Source: an uncultured delta proteobacterium | GTDB lineage: Bacteria; Desulfobacterota; Desulfobacteria; Desulfobacterales; JAFDCJ01 | Direction of reading: 5' to 3' | Assembly (NCBI GenBank): GCA_963769935.1 | Contig: CAVYNY010000010.1 | Location: 256,001-320,000 of the forward strand | Length of the DNA stretch: 64,000 bases | Shown: positions 41,336 through 51,012 of the stretch, piece by piece | Position numbering within the stretch: position 1 is the stretch's first letter | How the letters are laid out: each line of letters starts with the position of its first letter | Translations under genes and position numbers: made by a program | The notes under the pieces: generated by a model | The model's input: only the letters and a program-made list of their open reading frames with translations | Databases searched by the model: none | What the model was told of the DNA's origin: nothing

Positions 41336-42386
41336 GCGGCACCTCAATGATGGCTTTCAGGCCGTGCGGCTGATTTTCTTCTAAAATTAAACGGCCGCTG
41401 TTGCCATACATAGATTGCAAACGTTCCCGAATGTTGGACAGGCCCATGCCGGAGTCTCTTTCTTGTAGGAAACCACTTCCGGTATCTACTACCTCCAATC
41501 GAAGAACGCCGTCTTTTTCTATTCCGTTGATTCGGATTTCTCCGCCGTCAACTCTGGGTTCCAGACCGTGTTTGATGGCGTTTTCCACCAGAGGCTGGAT
41601 CAACATGGGAGGAAAGGAAATTGCTTCCAGATGTTTGGGCAGGTCGATTTTATACTTTAACCGGTCGCCCATCCGAACTTTAAAAATGCTCAGATAGGCC
41701 TGGATCATTTCCATTTCCTGCCCAAGGGTTGCTTGATCATTCCTTATTTTGGAAAGGGATGCCCGCAAATAGTGAATGAAATCGACCAGCATGGATTTGC
41801 CCCTCTCCGGATTGGTATCCAGCAGGCTCAATACGTTGGAAAGGGTATTGAATAGAAAGTGGGGCTCAACCTGGGCCTGAAGAAGTTTGAGGTTTGCTTC
41901 CGCCGCTTTTTTCTCGCTGGTGAGCCTTTTTATTTTTTCTTCCTGAATCCGTGTCTGTGATTCCGCAATTTGCTCCCGGGAACTGAAGAAATAAGCAATA
42001 ATAGATCCGAACAGTACGCCGAGAAACAGCAATTGAAAGAGTCCGTGTTTTTCAAACAGTTCCGATGAACTCAGCCCTGAAATCGCCAGACCTGAATATG
42101 ATCCGATCATCGATCCAACCACCAAAGCCACCCCTACCAGAATCGCCTGGAAAACCGGTTTCGTTTTCTGAATGAAATTATGAATAAGCAAGACACAGGA
42201 GCAGCTTGACAGACCGATGCACTGAGAAATAATAAAGCTTATTATGAATTCGTCTGTGAATTTTATCGCGTACAAAAAAATTGCGATAATGGTGTCAAAG
42301 ACAAATGTGAAAAAAAGAGTTTTAAGGGCTGACCGGAAAGTAATGCCTTCTGATGTGAGTTTCATGACGGTCACAGCGGCTGACAT
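41322..42386 (-). CDS. LytS/YehU-like membrane sensor histidine kinase
   Basis: LQAQVEPHFLFNTL, QPLVENAIKHG and GMGLSNIRERL motifs. Confidence 0.93.
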   Translation of the reverse strand: MSAAVTVMKLTSEGITFRSALKTLFFTFVFDTIIAIFLYAIKFTDEFIISFIISQCIGLSSCSCVLLIHNFIQKTKPVFQAILVGVALVVGSMIGSYSGLAISGLSSSELFEKHGLFQLLFLGVLFGSIIAYFFSSREQIAESQTRIQEEKIKRLTSEKKAAEANLKLLQAQVEPHFLFNTLSNVLSLLDTNPERGKSMLVDFIHYLRASLSKIRNDQATLGQEMEMIQAYLSIFKVRMGDRLKYKIDLPKHLEAISFPPMLIQPLVENAIKHGLEPRVDGGEIRINGIEKDGVLRLEVVDTGSGFLQERDSGMGLSNIRERLQSMYGNSGRLILEENQPHGLKAIIEVPHGKS

Positions 42387-42465
42387 GAGCCTTATTCTTA
42401 TTAAAACCTAATTTTTAATTCTGAATTTGTACTCTGATTCTCCTGAAAAAACAAATAAATAAATC

Positions 42466-42933
42466 TTAAAGGCAATGACGAAACCGCTTGCGATCACTCA
42501 CCGTGAAAGCGGCTTTATGATGCCTGGATCTTATTGCCTTTTCAAATCTTTTGCCATGGGGGAAAAAGATAGCCTTGAAATGAAAGGCCAACCCAATTCC
42601 CCAGCCAAGCACTGCCCACTGAAACCACCACGGCCCTGAAGTGAAAATATTAATCAGCAGCAAAACTGCAGTAATAATCAAGTAGCTCCACAGATGCGAG
42701 TAGAATGCCATTTTGCGTTGTTTCAACCGTGCTTGGCGGATTTTCTCCTTTTTAAATTCCTGCTGCTCCTGCTCGATTGCAGTCTCGAGGATTTTGGGAT
42801 CAATGCCGATTTCACGTGCGGTTGCGATCAAATCCTGATGGCTGATCGTATCTTCATTTTTTATTTTCAGCGCCCGCCGAATGATGCGGCTAACCTCTTC
42901 CTGATTGTATTGTTGTGATGAGTATTCGTTCAT
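42466..42933 (-). CDS. 2TM-domain membrane protein
   Basis: FYSHLWSY...INI...WWFQWAVLGWGIGLAFH motif. Confidence 0.75.
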   Translation of the reverse strand: MNEYSSQQYNQEEVSRIIRRALKIKNEDTISHQDLIATAREIGIDPKILETAIEQEQQEFKKEKIRQARLKQRKMAFYSHLWSYLIITAVLLLINIFTSGPWWFQWAVLGWGIGLAFHFKAIFFPHGKRFEKAIRSRHHKAAFTVSDRKRFRHCL

Positions 42934-42962
42934 GCTGAGTATACTCCATTATTTACGGTTAT

Positions 42963-43077
42963 TGCTTGAAAGCTGGGAAGCTCGAAGGCCTGAAAGTTTG
43001 AAGGCTTGAAAATTTTTTGAGCCTCTTGGCATTCATTAAATTTAGGCATTTTAGGCACTTTTCAATTTTAGGCATTT
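42963..43077. repeat. 8-nt array (GCTTGAAA-like) followed by a TTTAGGCA array
   Basis: Periodic units visible between genes. Confidence 0.7.
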
Positions 43078-43084
43078 GACTTAT

Positions 43085-44719
43085 CTACCCTCCCCAGTCT
43101 TCCATCATCGCCTGAAAGGCGCCCTGTCCGGCCCGGAAGACGCCGCCGTAACCCCCGCCTGGATTGCCCCAGGCACTGGCGAGATAAAGGCCCTTGAGCG
43201 GGGTTCTGGTTTTGATCCGATTCATAAAGGCGTTGTCCATGGATTGTTCATACCCGTAAATGGCACCTTCCGTGTTGCCGGTATAATACCAGTTGGTCAG
43301 AGGCGTGGCCGCCTCCTGCACTTCTATCATAGAGGATAATCCGGGAATCAGCTCTTTTTCAGCGCGGCGGATAAGGGTCTGCGCCCAGCGCGCTTTTTCC
43401 TGGTTATAAGCATTCTTATTTCCGGCGCGATAATCCGATTCAAACTTGCGCCAGGGTTCATAGCCGCTCAGAAAAATCAACTGTAAGGTGGAGGTGCCGG
43501 TTTTGGAGTAGCCTTTAAAAATTTTATCGTAAGCAGCAACGCCAAACGCGCCTGTTTCTATTTCGCCTTTCAGGTGGGACTCAAATTCTTCCTCCGCGGT
43601 TTGGCCGGAGGATATAAACGTACTAAAAGCCTTTGTGTTTTCCGTGATATCCCGATTTAATCCAAGCCAAACAATAAACGAAGCCATGCTGGGTTTGTAT
43701 GTAGCTAACTTCTGCACAAAATCACTCGGCATTACATTTTGAGGCAGCATTTCCCGAAATGTCGCCGGGCCGCTCGCATTGCTCACCACGGCACACGCAG
43801 CAAGCCGTTGGCCGCCGGCCAATTCAACCCCCTGGACGCAACCGTCCTTAACCAGAATTTTGCCGGCCGGCGTGTTATACATAATTTTGCCGCCGTTATC
43901 TTCGATGACTTCGGCAATGGCATTGCTCAAATCCTGGGATCTCTGTTTGATATAATAAGATCCATTCTTAAGGTAGCCGCCAGTGGCGTTGGCATAGTAA
44001 AACCCCGAAAGCCTGGAAGGCGGCAGCCCGTAATAGCCCCAAAGGGCGGATAATACATTTTGCAATTCAGGATTCTTGACATAGTCATTGATGAGATCTG
44101 CCAGGGTCTTGTTGCGCACGTTCCACATCTTGCGATACTGCAGCGGAAACAACAGCTTAAAAAACCTGCCATTGTTGCGGGTCAGCGTCTCGACCTCCTC
44201 GGAGATGTCGAGCATTTCCGCCACAAAACCGCGAATTCCCTCGGCTTCGTCCGGAAAATGGCCGGATAGTGCCTGAATATACGCTTCCGGATTTTTTTGA
44301 GGAACCGTAATATCCAATGTCGGCGTTTTCAGCCGGTAAACTTCCGGAAGTTCGACCAGCTTAATTTTGTCCAGGACATCGATATCCTGTAAAATTCCGG
44401 CGGCCCCGTTGTTATGGATGGAAGTTCCGTGCAGCGATACTTCGAAGGTGAATTTCCCCGCCGCGCGGTCAAAAGAGGTTGCATAGCCGCCGGGAATGCT
44501 TTGCTGCTCCACGACTGTGACCGGTATGCCCTGCTTGGCCAGATAGGCCCCGCAGACCAGGCCGCCCAGTCCGGCTCCGATCACAACGGTGGGATATTCG
44601 CTTTTGGGTCCCATTTTGGCGGCATACGCCGATATGCTTTTCCAATCCAGCGCCACGGCAGCCGCGGCCATGGCTGAAATCGTCAAAAACGATCGTCTTG
44701 AGATGGGTTTGTTAAACAT
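43085..44719 (-). CDS. FAD-dependent oxidoreductase (phytoene desaturase/retinol saturase-like) with Tat signal
   Basis: SRRSFL Tat motif; IGAGLGG, PGGY, ATPLT...GAIYG and LYLASAW..PGGG motifs. Confidence 0.85.
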   Translation of the reverse strand: MFNKPISRRSFLTISAMAAAAVALDWKSISAYAAKMGPKSEYPTVVIGAGLGGLVCGAYLAKQGIPVTVVEQQSIPGGYATSFDRAAGKFTFEVSLHGTSIHNNGAAGILQDIDVLDKIKLVELPEVYRLKTPTLDITVPQKNPEAYIQALSGHFPDEAEGIRGFVAEMLDISEEVETLTRNNGRFFKLLFPLQYRKMWNVRNKTLADLINDYVKNPELQNVLSALWGYYGLPPSRLSGFYYANATGGYLKNGSYYIKQRSQDLSNAIAEVIEDNGGKIMYNTPAGKILVKDGCVQGVELAGGQRLAACAVVSNASGPATFREMLPQNVMPSDFVQKLATYKPSMASFIVWLGLNRDITENTKAFSTFISSGQTAEEEFESHLKGEIETGAFGVAAYDKIFKGYSKTGTSTLQLIFLSGYEPWRKFESDYRAGNKNAYNQEKARWAQTLIRRAEKELIPGLSSMIEVQEAATPLTNWYYTGNTEGAIYGYEQSMDNAFMNRIKTRTPLKGLYLASAWGNPGGGYGGVFRAGQGAFQAMMEDWGG

Positions 44720-44994
44720 GGTAATCCTCCTCTCTAACAACAAACAACATACAACTGACAACATGCATGGAGCGGTAGGTTGCGGGTTGTTTGTTGTCTG
44801 TTGGGAAAAAGATCATGATTGAACCTTCGCGCGATTAATCCGCGCATTTCCATTTTGGAGTTAGTTTACCTGAAGCCAAAGGCCATTGCCATCAAAAGGC
44901 GATAAAATGCACAAATAGGCAGCTGAAATGCAAATATAACGGATAAACGGGGGGTGCAACTTGTTATTGGTTACTGGTTATTTGTTATTGGAGG

Positions 44995-45018
44995 GTGGAA
45001 GCGGTTTTCAACCGCGAT
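44995..45018. repeat. REP-like palindrome GTGGAAGCGGTTTTCAACCGCGAT
   Basis: One mismatch to the reverse complement of 47582-47605. Confidence 0.75.
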
Positions 45019-45186
45019 CTTTTTAGATAAAATTTTCTTGCCGGATTTTCTTCAAAGCCTAAGCGAGAAAGCCCTTTCCTTTCTTCCCCTGGCGAAGATC
45101 CGCCTATGGAGTGAGCGGGAGGGACCGACCCGCCCGCAAAGCTCTCGCTTGCGAGGCGGGCGGGGGAAGGGGGTTAAAATGTGGAC

Positions 45187-46119
45187 TCATTCCACTAATC
45201 TGGTTTTTGCGGATAGCCGCGTTTTCTCGATTTCCAACGCCGCCAGAATGGTTTTAAAATTGATGTCGACGATATCTTTAAGATTCCGCGCATAGCCGCC
45301 GGCCATGGTGACCGCCGCCGGAAGTCCTGCTTCATAACAATGGCGCAATACAAGACGATCGCGCTGCGCCAGGCCTTCCTTAGTCAATGCCAGGCGGCCG
45401 AACCGGTCTTCTTGGTATGGGTCCGCCCCGGCCAGATAAATCACGAGATCGGCGCTAAAATTATCCAGCGACCTGATAATCCCTTTGTCGAGGGCTGCGA
45501 GATAGGCGGCATCATCGGCTCCGTCTTCCAGCTCGACATCCAGATCACTTTTTTCTTTTTGATAGGGAAAGTTGTTTTTGCCATGGATGGAAAAGGTGAA
45601 GATGGTGGCATCGTCTTTGAGAATGGCGGCCGTGCCGTTGCCCTGATGAACATCGCAGTCGATAATCAATACCTGCCGGACAAGACCTTCCGCCTGCATG
45701 GCTCGGACGGCAATCGCCGTATCATTCAACCAGCAGTATCCCTGGCCGTGATCCCGGAATGCATGGTGGGTGCCGCCCCCGAGATTGACGGCCACCCCTT
45801 CCTCCAGGGCCGCCCGGCAGGCCGCGATGGTGCCGCCGACCGAATAGCGTGTCCGCTTTACAATCTCCGCAGACCACGGCAGGCCGACCCGCCGGATCTC
45901 TTTATCCGATAATTCACCGTTTAACAGGCGTCGAACATAATTCGGATCATGGGCGCGGAGAATAGCTTCATCGGATGCCGGTTCGGGAACCCGCAATTCT
46001 ATCGACTGATCACACAGCTCCTCTATAATCCGCATCCTCAGCAAAAAATATTTGTCTTTCGGAAAGCTGTGATTTTCCGGCAGCGGAATGGGAAAGGTAT
46101 CGGTGTAAAAAATTTTCAT
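45187..46119 (-). CDS. Histone deacetylase-family protein
   Basis: GGTHHA, DCDVHQGNGT, AGAD and AGGY motifs. Confidence 0.93.
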   Translation of the reverse strand: MKIFYTDTFPIPLPENHSFPKDKYFLLRMRIIEELCDQSIELRVPEPASDEAILRAHDPNYVRRLLNGELSDKEIRRVGLPWSAEIVKRTRYSVGGTIAACRAALEEGVAVNLGGGTHHAFRDHGQGYCWLNDTAIAVRAMQAEGLVRQVLIIDCDVHQGNGTAAILKDDATIFTFSIHGKNNFPYQKEKSDLDVELEDGADDAAYLAALDKGIIRSLDNFSADLVIYLAGADPYQEDRFGRLALTKEGLAQRDRLVLRHCYEAGLPAAVTMAGGYARNLKDIVDINFKTILAALEIEKTRLSAKTRLVE

Positions 46120-46472
46120 TCATCCCTGCCGGTTTCAAGGCAGAATCAAATATTTTGATCGTCGCCAACTTTGGATCAAATATCGGATGCAAATCACATT
46201 AGAAAAATATAATGAATTCTAATACCTTATTGCACGTAAGCCGTGCAATATCAATCGAATAGAAAAAGACCGCATGATATTTTCATAATTCCAAAAAAAT
46301 CCAGCTTGAAAATTATTTAAAATTTCTCAATACCCTATCTGAATTGATTATTTTATGTTTTTAAACTACAATAAGCCCAAAATTCTAAATTATTCCAATA
46401 TTTGCTTTGCGTTCGGAAATGCAGTTGATCGACTTTTTCGATTTGCCATGGAGAAGGGAAGAACTTTTTGAA

Positions 46473-46793
46473 ATGATGTCCAAAGAGGACCATAAAATTC
46501 TTAAAGAGTTTGCCGGTCGCGTTCATGAGCGGTTTTCGGATGCGCGTGTCTGGGCCTTTGGTTCACGTGCGAGAGGAGAAGCGACATGGGAGTCCGACTT
46601 TGATATCCTAATTGTATTAAGCGAAGTCGATCAGAAGATAGACCGCTGGATACGCGAAATCGCCTGGGAAGTCGGTTTCAATAACGATCGGGTTATTACA
46701 ACGATTTTGCTTGATCAACTTCAATTCGAACATGGTCCCATGTCAGAGAGCACCATTGTTGAAAATATTCTGCGAGAGGGAATCAGCGCATGA
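46473..46793 (+). CDS. Minimal nucleotidyltransferase (MNT) antitoxin
   Basis: FGSRARGEATWESDFDILIV (GS...DxD) motif. Confidence 0.88.
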   Translation: MMSKEDHKILKEFAGRVHERFSDARVWAFGSRARGEATWESDFDILIVLSEVDQKIDRWIREIAWEVGFNNDRVITTILLDQLQFEHGPMSESTIVENILREGISA

Positions 46794-47188
46794 TGAACGA
46801 AAACATCCAAGCCCTGGTAACCTACCGACTTGAACAAGCCGATGAATCCCTGGAGGCAGCAAGGACGTTATTTGTCAAAAAGCTGATCAGACCCTCTATA
46901 AATCGGGCATACTACGCCATGTTCTATGCAGTGCTGGCGCTTCTTGCGCAGGGAAAGAAAGAAACCTCGAAACATAGCGGCGCAATAGCGCTTTTTGACC
47001 GGGATTTTGTTAAGCAAGGTATTTTTAAAAAGGATTATTCCCGATGGCTGCACGATGCCTTCGATTTACGACAACGCTCTGATTATGCTGCAGAATATCA
47101 CGCTTCCCCGGAAGATGCCGAGATAACTATGAAAAATGCCGAAACGTTTGTGGATTCGGTTAAAAAAGTTCTGTCAAAGGAACTGTAA
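46790..47188 (+). CDS. HEPN-domain protein (UPF0332-like), partner of MNT
   Basis: NRAYYAMFY, SKHSG and LRQRSDY motifs; ATGA overlap with MNT. Confidence 0.88.
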   Translation: MMNENIQALVTYRLEQADESLEAARTLFVKKLIRPSINRAYYAMFYAVLALLAQGKKETSKHSGAIALFDRDFVKQGIFKKDYSRWLHDAFDLRQRSDYAAEYHASPEDAEITMKNAETFVDSVKKVLSKEL

Positions 47189-47532
47189 GTATCGTAATCT
47201 TTTCCGGTTGCATGCTCACAGAAAACTTCACAATAGCAATTTTTAAGGTCGTTTCTAATCAGCCAGTGAACCGCCGCCTTTTCCTGCCGATTATGCGCCC
47301 TCTGGATAGCCGCCCCAAAAAAAATCTTCATTCGAATTCGTTTCTCCTTTTATTTCGTAACCTTCTACTGAGCGAAAAGCTCTTCTTATGTTTACATTGT
47401 CGCGACACTGTCGCGAAAATTTATTTTCATGAATTTAGCAACTATTGACCTCTATAGATCATATATGTACACTAAACCTCTTATGGAAATTCATTTGACC
47501 TAAGGTTATTTTTAGATTGACGTTACTGGCTC

Positions 47533-47605
47533 GTGGGAATGGTTTTTAACCACGATTTTAGATGCTTGCCCGACCGGGTCAATCGCGGTTGAAAACCGCT
47601 CCCAC
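47533..47605. repeat. Inverted REP doublet (REPIN-like)
   Basis: GTGGGAATGGTTTTTAACCACGAT ... ATCGCGGTTGAAAACCGCTCCCAC. Confidence 0.75.
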
Positions 47606-47684
47606 AATCTCTTTAACCAGTTTTCAGATTCCATCATAATGTGATTCTCCCTTTTCTAAAGGGAAGTTAGAACGGAACATATTT

Positions 47685-48151
47685 ATGGCACCCGGTATAA
47701 CCGTTAAAACAATCCGCGCTAAAAGCGTACTCAACAAATCGAAGATCTTTGATTACTGCATCAATCCCTATCCTTCAGGAGTTTGAGCATATTGAAGCCG
47801 GATTTTCCATCACCACCGACGACGAGGCAGTTGCCAGACAATTTGAACCGGGCGCTCCCCCGATAAAGCAGCGGATTGAGGCCTTGAAAAAGATCCGATC
47901 GGCAGGGAATCGAAACGTTTGCGTTCATAGGCCCTATCCTCCCCGGAAATCCCCAAAACCTGATCCGATATCTTGAAGACGCAGCGGACCGCGTGCCAAT
48001 CGATCGGATGAATTATGTAAACACCATTAAGTCGATTTACCGCAAACTTGGTTTTCATCAAGAGATAGAAGATCGCTATTTTGACGAAACCAGAGACCGG
48101 TTGATCTTAGAGTTGAATAGACGGAACATGAAATACGAGGCTTTTTTCTAA
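47685..48151 (+). pseudogene. Radical SAM protein (spore photoproduct lyase-like family) with internal deletion and frameshift
   Basis: MAPGITVKTIRAKSVLNKSKIFDYCINPY is joined directly to ILQEFEHIEAGFSITTDD...FEPGAPP...FIGPILP; the CxxxCxxC motif is absent. Confidence 0.72.
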
Positions 48152-48234
48152 TTTGTGATTGAACGAAAACACGCCCAACGCCGATGTTGGGTTTCGCCCT
48201 TAGGAATCCGTATCGCCGCAAGAGCTTGATTTTC

Positions 48235-48291
48235 GTAGGTTGGGTTGAGGGACGAATCCCAACACTTTCGATCGGACTCAACCCAACCTAC
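48235..48291. repeat. GTAG-type REP doublet
   Basis: GTAGGTTGGGTTGAG ... CTCAACCCAACCTAC, perfect 15-bp inverted repeat. Confidence 0.8.
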
Positions 48292-48447
48292 CCGAAATTC
48301 GGACTTTTCGTTCAGGCACTAATTAATCTGCTCTGGAAAATGGCACATCATGAATCGAAGACTGTTATTTAAACTGCAGAAAAGATGAAGATGGCACAAT
48401 ACTTTAATTTGCAGCCATCCACAAAAGCACGTGGATAGGAGGTCACG

Positions 48448-49461
48448 ATGGCCGGGAAAAAAGACAAGACCAAGATTTCCAAAAGACGACAGAAAGCAAA
48501 ACAGCAAAAGGCGAAGAAGCGCAAATTGCGGCTGATCAAAGGCGGCGCAGGAGAGACCTCCCGGCCGTCAGTTATCGAAAGGCCCGGGATGCCCTATTTG
48601 GGGGCTCCCGAGGGGTTTCGATCCATTTCATTTTCGCAGGCCATTATGGAATACGGTGGGCCCGTGTTGGAGCAACTTAAAAACGAAAAAGACATGAATG
48701 CAGCCCTTCAACTCTCCGGTTTGTTCTGGAACTATACGATTAGCGTTCGAGACGGGAAAGGTCGATCGCAAGATCGAAAAGGAGATCGTTAAAGAGGTCA
48801 AATCCGCTTTTGGGTTTGAACATAGAAGAAACTCAAACGTTGATAAAAAAAATGGTCGCAAGGTACCATTACCTGTTTCCAGAAGACATCCAGCCCAAAC
48901 CGCCCTCACCCTTTATGTTCATCCGCAAAGAAGTGCGCCATCTTATCCGGCCGTTTGATTACGCCAAATTGAACATTTCCGAACGGCTCATACCGCCGGA
49001 TGCTGATGACCAGGATGCCATCGACAAACTGAAAAAGCTCGATACCCTGGTGTTGGATCAGGCCGATTACAAACAGTTTGAATCGTTATTGACCGAGGTC
49101 AAGGACAGTTGCGAGGAGCGGTTTCGGCAGTGGCTGATTGCCAAGGGTTTGGATGAGCGCGCAGACGAGCTTGCCGATTGTCCCTATATCTTCTTTGATT
49201 TCGTATACGGCTACATGCATGATGATGTGATTGTTCTAAAAACAGTTGCCGATCAATACTGGTTGGAATTTTTTGAGGATTTCCTCATCCGTAAAATGAT
49301 GGTCTCCCCGCCGGAATATGTTCAATGGCCGCCGGCCCTGAAGCTCTTCTATCGATTTCTCCATGAAAAGGGCTATCTCAATAATCCGGACAAAATCATC
49401 GACCGAATCGACAAGATCGAGCCTCATTTCATCGAGGCCCTGAAGACATCAATTTTCCTAG
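48448..49461 (+). CDS. Hypothetical protein, apparently one gene broken by single-base frameshifts
   Basis: AGGAGG RBS; frames join as ...VRDG/KVDRKIEKEIVKEVKSAF/GLNIEETQ...; end approximate. Confidence 0.55.
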
Positions 49462-49552
49462 GAATTTTCATGAATCTTGGGACAGCTCAGTATTTTTTTC
49501 ATCCGACGGGCTCTGCTAAGGTTTGCTACTTTCAAATAAGGACCCCGGAACT

Positions 49553-50697
49553 ATGAGCGAATACCAGTATTATGAATTCAAAGCGGTCGATAAACCGTTA
49601 ACCGAAAAAGACATGCAGGCGCTCAGAGATCTGTCGACACGGGCGCGGATCACTCCCACCAGTTTTGTCAACGAGTATAGTTGGGGCGATTTAAAAGGCG
49701 ATCCATTAAAACTGGTGGAAAAATATTTTGATGCCTTTTTATATTTAGCCAATTGGGGAACCCACCGGTTCATGCTCAAGGTGCCGCGCCATTTGGTCGA
49801 TGTCGATCAGGTCATTAAATATTGTCCCGGTGAAAGTGCGGTTATCCATGAAAAAGGGGATCAATTGATTTTCGATTTCACTTCGGCTACTGAAGATTAT
49901 GATTGGGAAGAAGGCCAAGGGTGGTTGTCATCGCTAATATCATTGCGGGCGGATATCGTCAATGGCGACCACCGCGCTCTGTATATGGCCTGGCTCTTTT
50001 GTGTCCAGATGCACGAGCTGAAGGATGACGAGCCGGAACCGCCGGTTCCGCCGAGTCTGGCTGATCTCAACGCACCACTGCAGAGTTTTGTTGACTTTAT
50101 GCGAATCGATCAGGACCTGATTGCTGCAGCAACTGAAAACAGCAGTTCTGACTCCGGCCGGACCGATTCCGGTTTCTTGAAAACCTGGATCCATAATCTG
50201 CCGGTGGTTGAAAAAGATGACTTTCTGTTTCGTTTAGTTGATGCGCCCAGCCCTCATCTCGGGGCGGAATTAAAGCAAAGATTTCTGCGCACAATTTCGA
50301 GGGCAGCCAATTCAACAACAAAAAAATCACCGCGCAGCGTTCAGGAACTGCTCGCAAGGGCAGAAATAATCACTGAAGAGAGAGAACGCCGGGCAGCTGA
50401 ACAAAATGCCAAAGAGCTGGCAAGAAAAAAAGAGAAAAAGCGATTGCCCGAGAGAAATATTTAAAGAGTCTGGTCGGGCGCGAAGACAGCACCTGGGAAA
50501 AAGTGGCCGCCCTCATCGACTCAAAACAGCCGGCCAAATACGATGAAGCGGTAAAATTGCTGGTTGACCTGCGGGATCTCAATAAAACCGCCGGAAAAGA
50601 AAGTGCCTTTAATGCGAAGCTTCAAAAAATCCGCGAAAAGCACCATCGAAAACCGAGTTTTCTGGATCGGCTGAAAAAGGCAGGACTGAGAGATTGA
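49553..50697 (+). CDS. Conserved hypothetical protein (MSEYQYYEF family), frameshift near 50430
   Basis: MSEYQYYEF...LSTRARITPTSFVNEY...YFDAFLYLANWG; C-terminal YDEAVKLLVDLRDL...H.RK.SFL.RL lies in another frame after an A-run. Confidence 0.7.
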
Positions 50698-51012
50698 TTA
50701 TATAAATGGGATAGAATGAAAGAGGCGATACTGGCGACCTAAATAAACGAGCGTTTCCCCGCTGATGTATTTTTTCGGTGCCGGCAGCGGGTGATACCTT
50801 TCGAGTGCATCGAGTTTGCCCGTAATCCAGGCCGCTTTTTTAATCACCGCAGTCTCAATTTGCTCTTCGTTGGCGGTGGCGGGTGCAAACACATCGACTG
50901 TAAGTTCCGGCGAAACGACAATGCGCATCCTTCGGCGATCCTGGCGATGAAGTTTGTAGGCGATCTCGCGGGTACCGAATGCAATTGCCTTTATGGATTT
51001 GTCAGTTCTCAT
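50698..51012 (-). pseudogene. Truncated M48/YgjP (DUF45) metallopeptidase
   Basis: RRRMRIVV...KKAAWI...YISGETLVYLGRQYRL, then abrupt end; no HEXXH; usual position after hsdR. Confidence 0.7.
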
